From an uncultured Gemmatimonadales bacterium (GTDB lineage: Bacteria; Gemmatimonadota; Gemmatimonadetes; Gemmatimonadales; GWC2-71-9), in assembly GCA_963828735.1 (NCBI GenBank), contig CAWHFW010000002.1:608001-672000 (forward strand): a stretch of DNA of 64,000 nucleotides, given 5' to 3'. Both the position numbers and the translations under genes were made by a program. Positions within the stretch are counted from its first letter, which is position 1. Each line of letters starts with the position of its first letter. Under the pieces are notes generated by a model. That model was given only the letters and a program-made list of their open reading frames with translations, was not told the DNA's origin and did no database searches. This document shows, in pieces, positions 41,815 through 51,307 of the stretch.

Positions 41815-43059
41815 ATGTCCCGTCCATCCAGACTCGCCCTTCTCGCGCTGCTCGCTGGAGCCGGAGGCTGCAGCGACCGCGCGGACCCCGGCCCCACGTC
41901 ACCGTCCGAGGAACAGGCGATCGCCATTGCCCCGAGTCCCGACGCCAAGGGCACTGGGGCGCAACGTGCAGCGGAGGAACGGCTCGCCCGCCGGGTCGCA
42001 CTCGCCCTGGCCGATCCGGACTTCCGATCCTACGTAAAGGGCCGTCTCGATGGCTCGACGGTGCTGGAGCACAAGCTCCACTTCCAGCGCTGGCTCCGCT
42101 CGTCGGACCATCGGCTCCTCAAGGCACTGGCCAAGGCCTCGGAGGAGTCCGAGGCCTTCGTCAACGCGGATGCCGATGTGGCCGCCGCGCTCGAGTTCTA
42201 CGTGCCGGTGCCCGCGCACCGGGCAGCCTGGCAGGGCGGCGAGGATGTGCTCGTGGCCACCGCCCGGGAAGATCACGAGCGGCCGATCGCGTTCGACACC
42301 AGGGGCAAGCGTCAGGTGTTGAGCGCCGACGCACCACCGATCACGCCGGTGCTGGCCATCGTGCCGGTGGAGACCGACTTCGACGGGCCGCGCCAGGGAA
42401 ACCTGCTGCCCGAGGATGGCGGCGGTGGTGGCGGCGGAGGCGGTGGCGGGGGCACACCGGCGCCCAGCCCGACCCCGGGGCTGTACCTGACCTCGTCGCA
42501 CTTCGTCCAGGATTTTGAGGGTTGGTTGAAGGGCAGCCCCGAATATGAGATTCACATCATGGGTCAGTCGGGCGCCTCGGACTCGCTGACCAGCTACCAG
42601 TGCGCTGGGGAACACGCCGGCGGCGCCTACGCCTTCGACCAGAACACCCTCGACTGGACCGGCAACGTCCTGCTGTTCTCGCAGGCGCAGCTCAACAGCT
42701 ACAAGACCGCGCACCCCGGACAGAGCGAGCGGATCCTGGTAATCGAAGACGATGATGGGGCGTGCCAGATCCGACTGGACGGAGACCGGTTCAAGGCCTT
42801 CCAGAACGCGCTACAGAACGCCTACCCCAATCTCACCGGCGGGAAGGACAGCACCAGCGGCGTTTCGCGGGTGTTCCGAAAGGCGAACGCTCTGCAGCGA
42901 ATTCTCCGCGCCGCGTACTCGTGGCTCACCTCCCAGGACGACCTGATCGGAAACGCGATCGAGGACACGGTCGTCGGCGAATTCCACGCCGGTGCCAACT
43001 GGATCATTCGCGGTGACGGCAACGTCACCAACGGCTGGCTCAAACTCCAAATGCGGTGA
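41815..43059 (+). CDS. Hypothetical lipoprotein (weak DUF3103-like resemblance) with a poly-Gly linker
   Basis: AGGAGG RBS; lipobox AGGC; poly-G linker; EGWLKGSPEYEI. Confidence 0.7.
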   Translation: MSRPSRLALLALLAGAGGCSDRADPGPTSPSEEQAIAIAPSPDAKGTGAQRAAEERLARRVALALADPDFRSYVKGRLDGSTVLEHKLHFQRWLRSSDHRLLKALAKASEESEAFVNADADVAAALEFYVPVPAHRAAWQGGEDVLVATAREDHERPIAFDTRGKRQVLSADAPPITPVLAIVPVETDFDGPRQGNLLPEDGGGGGGGGGGGGTPAPSPTPGLYLTSSHFVQDFEGWLKGSPEYEIHIMGQSGASDSLTSYQCAGEHAGGAYAFDQNTLDWTGNVLLFSQAQLNSYKTAHPGQSERILVIEDDDGACQIRLDGDRFKAFQNALQNAYPNLTGGKDSTSGVSRVFRKANALQRILRAAYSWLTSQDDLIGNAIEDTVVGEFHAGANWIIRGDGNVTNGWLKLQMR

Positions 43060-43062
43060 CCC

Positions 43063-43662
43063 ATGAACACCTCTCATGCTCGCGTGGCGCTGATCGCGTG
43101 CCTCTGTGTGCTGGGCTCCGGCCGAGTGGACGCCCAATGGGCCATTTCCGCGGGGATGCGGGCGGCCCGTTTCACGGGTGGCGCGGAGGAGCCGGCCACC
43201 GGCCGTACCCTCAGTCCGTACCGGCCGACGCTCGTCGAGGTGGGACTCGATCACGCGTGGCGCCACGTGGGCGTCGGAGTGCGCTTCGGATATGCCTCGA
43301 GCAGCCTGGCGCTGGAGGGAGATGAAGCCCTGGCAGCGGTGAAGGATGCGCTCAGCGTGTACAGCGCGGAGCCGGAGCTCACCGTTCGGCTCACCCATCT
43401 GGGCGCCGACGGCGTGCTTCGCGCCTACACGGGTGCCTTGATCGAGAACTGGAAACTGCCGGACGCCGGCTCACGGACGCGGGTCGGCGTCGCGGCGGGC
43501 CTGGGCCTGGAGATGTCGTTCGGTGGACGCTGGACGGGAGTCCTTCGCGCGGGCGGCGCGGTCACACCGTCGCCGTTCACGCAGGAGGATCTCGATGCGG
43601 CGCTCGAGCCTCGCACCCTGTGGAGGCGCGAGCTCGGTGGCTCGCTGCGATATCGCCTCTGA
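43063..43662 (+). CDS. Small outer-membrane beta-barrel protein
   Basis: Signal peptide, amphipathic beta strands, C-terminal LRYRL. Confidence 0.65.
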   Translation: MNTSHARVALIACLCVLGSGRVDAQWAISAGMRAARFTGGAEEPATGRTLSPYRPTLVEVGLDHAWRHVGVGVRFGYASSSLALEGDEALAAVKDALSVYSAEPELTVRLTHLGADGVLRAYTGALIENWKLPDAGSRTRVGVAAGLGLEMSFGGRWTGVLRAGGAVTPSPFTQEDLDAALEPRTLWRRELGGSLRYRL

Positions 43663-43812
43663 GGCTGGAGCTGGCGTTGCGCGCCGACCGGACGTGAACG
43701 GATCGCGCACGACGTGATCGGCGGGCGGTGGTGTCGCGGTCGCAGCGGAGCGGAGGGCTCGGACCCTGAGAGCGATCATGGCCTCGACATCACCCACCCC
43801 GACGTCGCCCGG

Positions 43813-44328
43813 TCAGGCCGCCACGCCCGCCCCGCACTGCGCGCAGAAGCGGGAGCCCTCGCCGAGCATGGCGCCACACCCCGCGCATGCTCCGCCCTCC
43901 GCAATCCGGCGCCCGCACGTGGAGCAGAATGCCGCGTCCGGCTCGGGACGCGGGCCGCAGGAGGCGCATGCAGGTGCCTCTGGTGACGCCGAGGTGGCAA
44001 CGGAGCGGAGGGCGCGAACCCTCGCAGCGATCATGGCCTCGGCATCACCTGTCCCGGCGGCGTCCGCCGATTCGGCGCGCAACGCCTCGAGGGCGGCGCC
44101 CGTGTATTTCCGCTTGAGGAACTCGTAGTCCTCGTCGGAGAGCTTGCCGGTCTCCCGGTCGAACTCGATCTCCTTGAGCGCCGAGAGCGCCACGCCCCTG
44201 GGCGTCTCCTCGGGATCAGGCGGCTCGTAGATCGGGGGTTTCGGCGAACTGGGGAGGAGCAACGGCTGAAGTATCACCCACACCACCGCGAGCCCTACCA
44301 GGGCCGCAGCCACCACCTCGAGCGCCAT
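43813..44328 (-). CDS. CcmI-N-like membrane protein with a C-terminal double zinc ribbon
   Basis: TM + ALKEIEFDRETGKLSDEDY + CASCG/FCSTCG/CAGCG/FCAQCG. Confidence 0.75.
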   Translation of the reverse strand: MALEVVAAALVGLAVVWVILQPLLLPSSPKPPIYEPPDPEETPRGVALSALKEIEFDRETGKLSDEDYEFLKRKYTGAALEALRAESADAAGTGDAEAMIAARVRALRSVATSASPEAPACASCGPRPEPDAAFCSTCGRRIAEGGACAGCGAMLGEGSRFCAQCGAGVAA

Positions 44329-44954
44329 CAATCCTCCACGTCGGCCAGGGCCCGACGCAGTCGCTCCATTTCCTCCGGGCTCGCCTCGAGCGGCTGGGCC
44401 GGCTCCGCCGGTGCCACGGCCGCCACCGCCTGCCGCCGCCGAATCAGGAATATCAGCGCAACGCCGGCGGCCGTGATGGCCGCGCCAGGAACCAGGTAGC
44501 CGGCCAGATTGAAGCCTCGCGGCTTCGGAGCCATGAGCGCTTTCTCGCCGTACTTGGCCACGAACGCATCGAGCACCTGCTGGGCCGTCATGCCCTCGCT
44601 GCGAAGCGCGAGCACCTCGCGATGGAGTCGCGGAGAGTAGGTACAGGAGAAGTCGGTGGTTCGGCAGGTGAAGACGTCGAGGGTGCAACCGCAGTTGCAG
44701 GCCAGCCGAAGCTCGATCGCCTGGATCTCCGCGGCATCCTCCGCGGCGTCCGTGGGCGCCTGGGAGCGCCCCACCGCGGAGGGGTCTCGCAGCGTCCCGA
44801 TCGCGCCGCGGCCGGCCAGCGAGTCCTGGAGCGCGGCCGCCGCCCCGGCTGATATCGCGGATGCGGGCGCGGTCATCGGCTGCAGGAGCGGAACCGCAGC
44901 AAGCGCCAATCCTCGGCGAAGGAAATCGCGTCGGGCGCCGGACGTGTCGCTCAC
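44328..44954 (-). CDS. ccmH: Cytochrome c biogenesis protein CcmH-like
   Basis: LACNCGC, VLDAFVAKYGEKALMAP, C-terminal TM; N-terminal RRDFL. Confidence 0.8.
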   Translation of the reverse strand: MSDTSGARRDFLRRGLALAAVPLLQPMTAPASAISAGAAAALQDSLAGRGAIGTLRDPSAVGRSQAPTDAAEDAAEIQAIELRLACNCGCTLDVFTCRTTDFSCTYSPRLHREVLALRSEGMTAQQVLDAFVAKYGEKALMAPKPRGFNLAGYLVPGAAITAAGVALIFLIRRRQAVAAVAPAEPAQPLEASPEEMERLRRALADVED

Positions 44955-46984
44955 TCCTTCCCCGCCCCCACGAGCGAGACCCCATAGCCGCCCTGCGCCG
45001 GGCGCGACGGCGCCACGGCGGGCCCGCCACCCGGCCACATGGTGACGATACCGCCGAATGCGAGCACAAAGCCCCCGAACCACACCCACCACACGAGCGG
45101 GTTGATGTTGAACCGGTACACCGCTTCCTCGGTCCCGTTTACCGCCCCCGCGAACACCATGTAGAGGTCTTCCCGCAGGCCGCTCCGGATCCCGACCTCC
45201 GTGGACGGCTCGAAGGTCGGCCGCTTGAAGCTGTCCACGTGCTGGCGCTTCTCGCTGGTGAGCAGGCCCGCGGGGCGCCCGTCGATTGCGACCTGGACCG
45301 TCGCCGCGCTGACCACCCGGTTCAGCGCCTCGTACTGCGAGATCCCCACGTGCGTGAACCGGTAGGTGTGCCCGAACGGGCTCCGGAGCTCGACCGACTC
45401 ACCCGGCTTGAGCGTGGCCTCGCGCTCGACCCGAAACGCCATGCCGGCGAAGGCCACGAAGTAGATGAGCACGCCCACGTGCACGAGGTACCCGCCATAC
45501 CGGCGGCGGTTCCGCTCGATCAGTCGGAACAGCGCGACCGGTACCGACTCCTGATGCATCCGCCGGCGCGCGCGCACACCGCGATAGAACTCCTGAGTCA
45601 CCGTGCCGGCCACGAAGGCGGCGAGCGCGAAGGCGATCACCGCGTACGAGTCCCGGACCCCGGCGGCGAGGAGCGCGACCAGCGCGACGGACCCCGTCGC
45701 CACCGGCACCACGAACTGTCGCCGCAGGTTTGCCGTCGATGCCTTGCGCCAGGCGATGAGCGGACCGATGCCCGTGAGGCCCAGCAGCAGCAGCCCCAGT
45801 GGCACGTTCACCCGATTGAAGAACGGCGGCCCCACCGTAATCTTGGTGCCCCGCACCGCCTCGGACAGGATCGGGAACAGCGTTCCCCACAACACCGAGA
45901 ACGCGATACCCACCAACAGGAGATTGTTGAACAGGAACGCGGCCTCACGGCTCAGCATCGACTCCAGCTGAACTTCGGCCTCGAGCGCGGGCCACCGGGA
46001 ATACAACAGCGTGAACGACAGCACGGCGGCCACGGTCAGGAACGCCAGGAAGAAGTACCCGACGTTCGACTGCGTGAAGCTGTGCACGCTCGCGATGACC
46101 CCGGACCGGGTGATGAACGTCCCGAAGATGCTCAGGAGGAACGTTCCGATGATCAATCCCAGGTTCCAGCGCTTGAGCATGCCGCGCTTCTCCTGGATCA
46201 TGACCGAGTGCAGGAACGCCGTCATGGTGAGCCAAGGGAGGAAGCTCGCGTTCTCCACGGGATCCCAGGCCCAGTACCCGCCCCACCCCAGCTCGACGTA
46301 GGCCCACCACATGCCGAGCGTGATGCCGATCGAAAGGAAGAGCCAGCTCACCAGCGTCCACTTGCGGATGGCGTGGATCCATCCCGTGTCGAGCCGCCGC
46401 GAGAGCAGCGCCGCCACGGCAAAGGCGAATGGAATCGTGATGCTGATGTAGCCGAGGTAGAGCATCGGCGGGTGAATCACCATGCCGACGTTCTGAAGCT
46501 GCGGATTGAGCCCGCGGCCGTCGGCGGGCGTGAAGGACAGCCGCTCGAAGGGGCTCGACCCGAACAGCATCACGCTGACGAAGAACACGACGACGCTGGA
46601 CGTGACGCCCGCGACGTAGGGCAGCAAGTCGGCGTAGCGCCGCGAGGTCAGGAGCTGGGCCAGGCTGGCGAACAGGGACAACACGACCGCCCAGAAGAGC
46701 AGCGACCCCTTCTGCCCCGCCCAGAACGCCGACACGATGAAGTAGGGCGGCAGGTTCCGGCTGGTGTACGCGGCGACGTACTCGATGTTGAAATCGTGGG
46801 TGATGAGCCCCTTCCACAGCGCGATCGACGCGACCACGAGGCATCCGAAGACCGCGTAGACCGAGCGCGTCACGGTCGCGGCCAGATCGGGCCGGTCCTG
46901 CCACCGCCCCGAAAAGGCGATCGCCGCGCCCCAGAGGCCGACCAGGAGCGCGGCCCACAGCGCGAACTGTCCCAGCAAGGTCAT
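44951..46984 (-). CDS. ccmF: Heme lyase CcmF
   Basis: GLNPQLQ, HPPMLYLGY, WGGYWAWDPVENAS, SVHSF. Confidence 0.97.
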   Translation of the reverse strand: MTLLGQFALWAALLVGLWGAAIAFSGRWQDRPDLAATVTRSVYAVFGCLVVASIALWKGLITHDFNIEYVAAYTSRNLPPYFIVSAFWAGQKGSLLFWAVVLSLFASLAQLLTSRRYADLLPYVAGVTSSVVVFFVSVMLFGSSPFERLSFTPADGRGLNPQLQNVGMVIHPPMLYLGYISITIPFAFAVAALLSRRLDTGWIHAIRKWTLVSWLFLSIGITLGMWWAYVELGWGGYWAWDPVENASFLPWLTMTAFLHSVMIQEKRGMLKRWNLGLIIGTFLLSIFGTFITRSGVIASVHSFTQSNVGYFFLAFLTVAAVLSFTLLYSRWPALEAEVQLESMLSREAAFLFNNLLLVGIAFSVLWGTLFPILSEAVRGTKITVGPPFFNRVNVPLGLLLLGLTGIGPLIAWRKASTANLRRQFVVPVATGSVALVALLAAGVRDSYAVIAFALAAFVAGTVTQEFYRGVRARRRMHQESVPVALFRLIERNRRRYGGYLVHVGVLIYFVAFAGMAFRVEREATLKPGESVELRSPFGHTYRFTHVGISQYEALNRVVSAATVQVAIDGRPAGLLTSEKRQHVDSFKRPTFEPSTEVGIRSGLREDLYMVFAGAVNGTEEAVYRFNINPLVWWVWFGGFVLAFGGIVTMWPGGGPAVAPSRPAQGGYGVSLVGAGKE

Positions 46985-46996
46985 ATCGCGGAGATC

Positions 46997-47410
46997 TCAG
47001 GCTTTGGGGACGGCCTCGTAGCGGGAGCCGCATTTGGCGAGCACATCGGTGGCGCGGATGACGCCGTCCCTGCCGAGCCGACCCTCGACGACGACTTCGA
47101 TGTCGTTCGCATCCGTGAAGGTATCGGGCACCAGGCCGTGGTAGGTGACCGGATAGGTCTTCACGCCGTCCGAGACCTTGAAGTCGATCGTGCGCGCGGC
47201 GGCGTCGCGGTGGACGGAGCCCGGCACCACCTTCGCGCCCACCTTGAAGCCCACGTTGTCCACGAATGTCGGATCGGCGGCGGTCTTGGCAGCCAGCTCG
47301 GCGGGGGTGAGAAAATACACCCCGGTTTCCTTCACGCCTTCGCCGATCAGGAACCCCACGCTGCCCACGATCAGGGCTGCCCCGAGCAAGAACTTATGGC
47401 CTGCCTTCAT
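46997..47410 (-). CDS. ccmE: Heme chaperone CcmE, CxxxY variant
   Basis: TM, VVPGSV, VPDTF, VVVEG, LAKCGSRY. Confidence 0.92.
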   Translation of the reverse strand: MKAGHKFLLGAALIVGSVGFLIGEGVKETGVYFLTPAELAAKTAADPTFVDNVGFKVGAKVVPGSVHRDAAARTIDFKVSDGVKTYPVTYHGLVPDTFTDANDIEVVVEGRLGRDGVIRATDVLAKCGSRYEAVPKA

Positions 47411-47471
47411 GTCCGGCTCCCCGTCGTAGGTCGCGCCACCCGGCGAAAGCTTCCCCGTCCCGCGCCCGGAT

Positions 47472-48269
47472 TCAAGTGCCCGGCGCTGCCGATTTGGATT
47501 TGAGCGCCTGCTGATGGAACTCATCCAGCGACTTCTTGTGGTCGGCGTATTCCGGGCGCGCCGCCTTCATCTCGGCGTCGTAGTGCTCCAGGAACCCCGC
47601 GTACGCCTTGGCCAGCGCCTTGTCGTCCTTCTGCCACCGGGCCACGGTCCCCCGGATGATGTACCCGAAAAGATGCCCTGGCTGGCGGGTCAAAATGGTG
47701 TCGGCGATGGCGGTGGGCCCGGCGGCGTCGCCGCTGTGCACTTCCAGCAGGGCAGCGTGGTAGCGGGCGTCGGCATCCACGGAATCCAGCTGGTTGTACG
47801 CCATGAGTGCCATCGGCATGAAGCGGTTCACCGTGGCTTCGTCGCCCGCCTGCGCGGCGCTCATCACACGGTTGTACAGCCGGTCGAAGCGCTCGCGGGG
47901 TGACATGTTGCTGATGTCCGGCGGCGTGCCTCCGTCGCCATCCGTCAGTCCAGGCGCGGGCCCCGTGTCCGCCGCGGCGGCCACCGGAGTCGACGGTGTT
48001 CGCGAGACCATGAACAGCAGACCGACCAGCAGCGCGACCAGGGCCGCCCCGGCGATGATCCAGGGTGTGCGGTCCGCGCGGCCGCTCGTGGCGGCGGAGC
48101 CGGCGGCCAGGCCGTGCCCGCACGCCGGGCAGAACTTCGCCCCGGCGGTGACGGCCCCACCGCAGTGGCGGCAGGCAGAGGCGCCCTTGGGCGCGCCGCA
48201 ATTCGAGCAGAAGCGGCCCGCCCCCGAGGCTCCGCAGGCGGCACAGGTGGCGGACGAAGGATCGCTCAT
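47472..48269 (-). CDS. Double zinc ribbon + TM + helical periplasmic protein
   Basis: CAACG/FCSNCG/CRHCG/FCPACG, then a TM and a helical C-terminus. Confidence 0.75.
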   Translation of the reverse strand: MSDPSSATCAACGASGAGRFCSNCGAPKGASACRHCGGAVTAGAKFCPACGHGLAAGSAATSGRADRTPWIIAGAALVALLVGLLFMVSRTPSTPVAAAADTGPAPGLTDGDGGTPPDISNMSPRERFDRLYNRVMSAAQAGDEATVNRFMPMALMAYNQLDSVDADARYHAALLEVHSGDAAGPTAIADTILTRQPGHLFGYIIRGTVARWQKDDKALAKAYAGFLEHYDAEMKAARPEYADHKKSLDEFHQQALKSKSAAPGT

Positions 48270-48841
48270 GGGCGCCGATCGGGCTGGTCGCAGTGGGAAC
48301 GAGGAACTGAAGGCAAATCTAGCGCAATTGCGCCGGGGCGGGCTCGTTCGGAGGTCCGGTGAACCAGGTGGTGCCCCCAGGCGGCGAGCTGGGTGGCGGC
48401 CGCGCGAACCGCGTCGTCAAGTGCGCGCGCGACCTCATGACTCAGCCCGCCCGGCCGGACGCATGCTGGCTGGAGGCCGATCGCGGCGAGCCGGGGGGGC
48501 AGCGTACCCCGCAGCTGGCCCAGGGCCAGCACCTCGGGCAAGCCGGACTGATGGCAGGAGATCCGGTGACCCAGCATTCGTGGAAGCTGGTCGTCGTTCA
48601 GCCGCACGAGCGATCCGGGCGACTGGCCGGCGTCGATCGCGTCGAGCACCAGGACCGCCTCAGCCCCCTCGATCAGCGGCAGGAGCGAGAGCCCGAGGGT
48701 GCCCCCGTCCACCGGCCGGACCAGCGGCGGCAGCCGCCACCGGCTGGTCAGCCGTTCCAGGGCGACGAGGCCGAGGCCGTCGTCTCCCATCAGCGGATTG
48801 CCTAGCCCGATGACGAGGGTTTCCGCGGCAACTTCATTCAT
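48266..48841 (-). CDS. hyaD: Hydrogenase maturation endopeptidase (HyaD/HybD family)
   Basis: IGLGNPLMGDDGLG, DGGTLG, LDAI, SCHQSGL. Confidence 0.92.
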   Translation of the reverse strand: MNEVAAETLVIGLGNPLMGDDGLGLVALERLTSRWRLPPLVRPVDGGTLGLSLLPLIEGAEAVLVLDAIDAGQSPGSLVRLNDDQLPRMLGHRISCHQSGLPEVLALGQLRGTLPPRLAAIGLQPACVRPGGLSHEVARALDDAVRAAATQLAAWGHHLVHRTSERARPGAIALDLPSVPRSHCDQPDRRP

Positions 48842-49595
48842 CCACAAACCGGCGTCCCGAGGGTACGAACCGCCCCCCGGTAACGATGGAGGAGATGGAG
48901 CCGCCTCGCTCCAGCACATCGGCTCGCATGGCGAGGTAGACGTGGATGGGCACGAAAATGCAGAAGATCCACGTGGAGACGTGGTGAATCAGGCGGACGA
49001 CCTGCATGCCGCCCAGGAGGGGACCCAGCCAGCCGAATGCGCGGAAGAAGAAGCCGCCGGGATCGAATTGCCCGTACATAGCGAATCCGGTCACCACTTG
49101 GATGAAGGCCACCGCATAGATCCCAGTGTAGCTCAGCTGCTGGAGCGGGTTGTGGCCCAGGTAGTGGGGCGCCTCCTCGGGCCGGATCATGAGGTAGAAC
49201 TTGACCTGGCGGACCATGTTGACCAGGTCGCGGGGACGCACCGGGAACAGCGCCGACAAGCGCTCGAACTTGTTGCCGGCCCAGAGCCAGTAGACCCGGA
49301 CGATCGCGGTAGCCACGAGCACGCCAGCGGCTCCGAAGTGCACGGCCCGCATCCAGCCCATGAGGAAATGCGAGCTGGTATCACCCGAGACCATGAAATA
49401 GGGCTTCCCGATGTACAGGCCGGTGACCACCAGCATGACGATCGAGAGAGCGGCGAGCCAGTGCATGGCGCGCACCGGCCACCCCCACAGGTAGACCCAG
49501 TGGTAGTCGCCGGTCGGGGGCGGGACCTGGCGGGACCGCGAGATCCCGGGCCCGCGCCGCGCCGCGGACGGCGGGCTCGAGGCCGAACCGCTCAC
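48834..49595 (-). CDS. cybH: Ni/Fe-hydrogenase b-type cytochrome subunit
   Basis: VRAMHW, VHF, GHNPLQ, IHH...IHVY heme b histidines. Confidence 0.93.
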   Translation of the reverse strand: MSGSASSPPSAARRGPGISRSRQVPPPTGDYHWVYLWGWPVRAMHWLAALSIVMLVVTGLYIGKPYFMVSGDTSSHFLMGWMRAVHFGAAGVLVATAIVRVYWLWAGNKFERLSALFPVRPRDLVNMVRQVKFYLMIRPEEAPHYLGHNPLQQLSYTGIYAVAFIQVVTGFAMYGQFDPGGFFFRAFGWLGPLLGGMQVVRLIHHVSTWIFCIFVPIHVYLAMRADVLERGGSISSIVTGGRFVPSGRRFVDE

Positions 49596-51307
49596 TGAAC
49601 CACCACCCGGACGATCTCCCCGCCCGAGGCATCGAGCACGTGCACTCCGCAGGCCATGCACGGGTCGAAGGAGTGAATGGTGCGCAGAATCTCGAGCGGC
49701 TGCTCGGGGTTGACCAGCGGGTGGTTGTCCATCAGCGCGGCCTCGTACGGACCCGACTGGCCCTGCGCGTCGCGCGGCGAGCAGTTCCAGGTGCTGGGCA
49801 CCACGCATTGGTAGCGCGAGATCGCGCCGTTCTCGATTTGCACCCAATGGCCCAGCGCGCCCCGCGGCGCGTCGAGGAACCCGTACCCCTGCGCCTTCGC
49901 CGGCCACGAGGACGGCTCCCATTTCTCGCCGGCGAAGGTCTTGGTGTCGCCGCTCTTGATCCGGTCGACCAGCCGGTCGTACCAGGTGCTCATGCGGCGC
50001 GCGAGCAACACGGTCTCCATGCCCCTGGCGGCCGTGCGGCCGAGCGTGGAGAACAGCGCGGCGGGTCCCACCTGCAGCCGGTCCAGCACCTCCTTCACCA
50101 TCGCGCGAATGTCCTCGTGTCCGCCGGCGAAACCCACCAGCATGCGGGCGAGCGGGCCGACTTCCATCGCCTTGCCGTCATACCGGGGCGCCTTCATCCA
50201 GGTGTACTTCTTGGAATCCTGGAGGTAGGTCCACGGTGTGGGCGGGCCGGCATATTTCGCCTTCGTCTCTCCCTCCCACGGATGCAGCCCCGCCGAATCG
50301 CCCTTGGAGTACTCGTACCACGAGCTGGTGATGAACTCCTTGATCTGCATCTGATCATAGGGCCAGACCTTGGTCAGGTCGCGATCGAGCACGATGCCAC
50401 GCGGGAAGTAGAGCTTCTCGGTGTCTCGAATATCGCCGTCGGGAAACTCGCCTACCGTCATGTAGTTCCGGACCCCGCCGCCGATGGACGCCCACTCCTT
50501 GTAGAAGCCGGCGATGGCGAGGATATCCGGCCAATACACCTGCTCGACGAACAACTGGGCCCGCGTGATCATGCCGTGGATCTGGCTCAGCCGCACCGCG
50601 TTGATGGTCGCGGTGTCGTCGAGGTTGATGGCCGAGGCCATCCCGCCCACCAGGAAGTTGGGATGCGGGTTCTTGCCGCCGAAAATGGTGTGCAGCCGGA
50701 TCACGTCGCGCTGCCAGTCGAGCGCCTCGAGGTAGTGCGCCACCGCGAGCAGGTTGACCTCGGCAGGCAGCTTGTATCCCGGGTGTCCCCAATATCCGTT
50801 CGTGAAGATCCCGAGCTGCCCGCTGCCGACAAACTTCTTGATCCGCTCCTGCACCTGCCGGAAATAGGCCTCGGAGTTGTTGGGCCACGGTGAGATCTTC
50901 CGCGCCAGCGCCGAGGTGCCCGCCGGATCTGCCTTGGTCGCGCTCACCACGTCCACCCAGTCGAGCGCATGGAGGTGGTAGAAGTGGATCACGTGGTCCT
51001 GAACGAACTGCATGCCGTGGACCAGGTTGCGGATCAGATTGGCGTTGGGCGGGATGGTGATGTCGAGGGCGTCCTCCACCGCGCGGCACGAGGCTACGGC
51101 ATGGACCACCGTGCACACCCCGCAGATGCGCTGCGTGAACGCCCAGGCGTCGCGCGGGTCCCGGCCGTGCATGACGACCTCGATGCCGCGAAACTGAGTG
51201 GACGTCGCCCACGCCTTGCTGATCCGGCCGCCTTCGGCCTGAGCCTCGATGCGGAGGTGACCCTCGATGCGTGTAATTGGGTCGACGACGACCTTGGTTA
51301 CGCTCAT
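49592..51307 (-). CDS. hyaB: Group 1 [NiFe]-hydrogenase large subunit
   Basis: DPITRIEGH; L1 TQRICGVCTVVH; L2 SFDPCMACGVH followed by a cleavable tail. Confidence 0.97.
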   Translation of the reverse strand: MSVTKVVVDPITRIEGHLRIEAQAEGGRISKAWATSTQFRGIEVVMHGRDPRDAWAFTQRICGVCTVVHAVASCRAVEDALDITIPPNANLIRNLVHGMQFVQDHVIHFYHLHALDWVDVVSATKADPAGTSALARKISPWPNNSEAYFRQVQERIKKFVGSGQLGIFTNGYWGHPGYKLPAEVNLLAVAHYLEALDWQRDVIRLHTIFGGKNPHPNFLVGGMASAINLDDTATINAVRLSQIHGMITRAQLFVEQVYWPDILAIAGFYKEWASIGGGVRNYMTVGEFPDGDIRDTEKLYFPRGIVLDRDLTKVWPYDQMQIKEFITSSWYEYSKGDSAGLHPWEGETKAKYAGPPTPWTYLQDSKKYTWMKAPRYDGKAMEVGPLARMLVGFAGGHEDIRAMVKEVLDRLQVGPAALFSTLGRTAARGMETVLLARRMSTWYDRLVDRIKSGDTKTFAGEKWEPSSWPAKAQGYGFLDAPRGALGHWVQIENGAISRYQCVVPSTWNCSPRDAQGQSGPYEAALMDNHPLVNPEQPLEILRTIHSFDPCMACGVHVLDASGGEIVRVVVQ

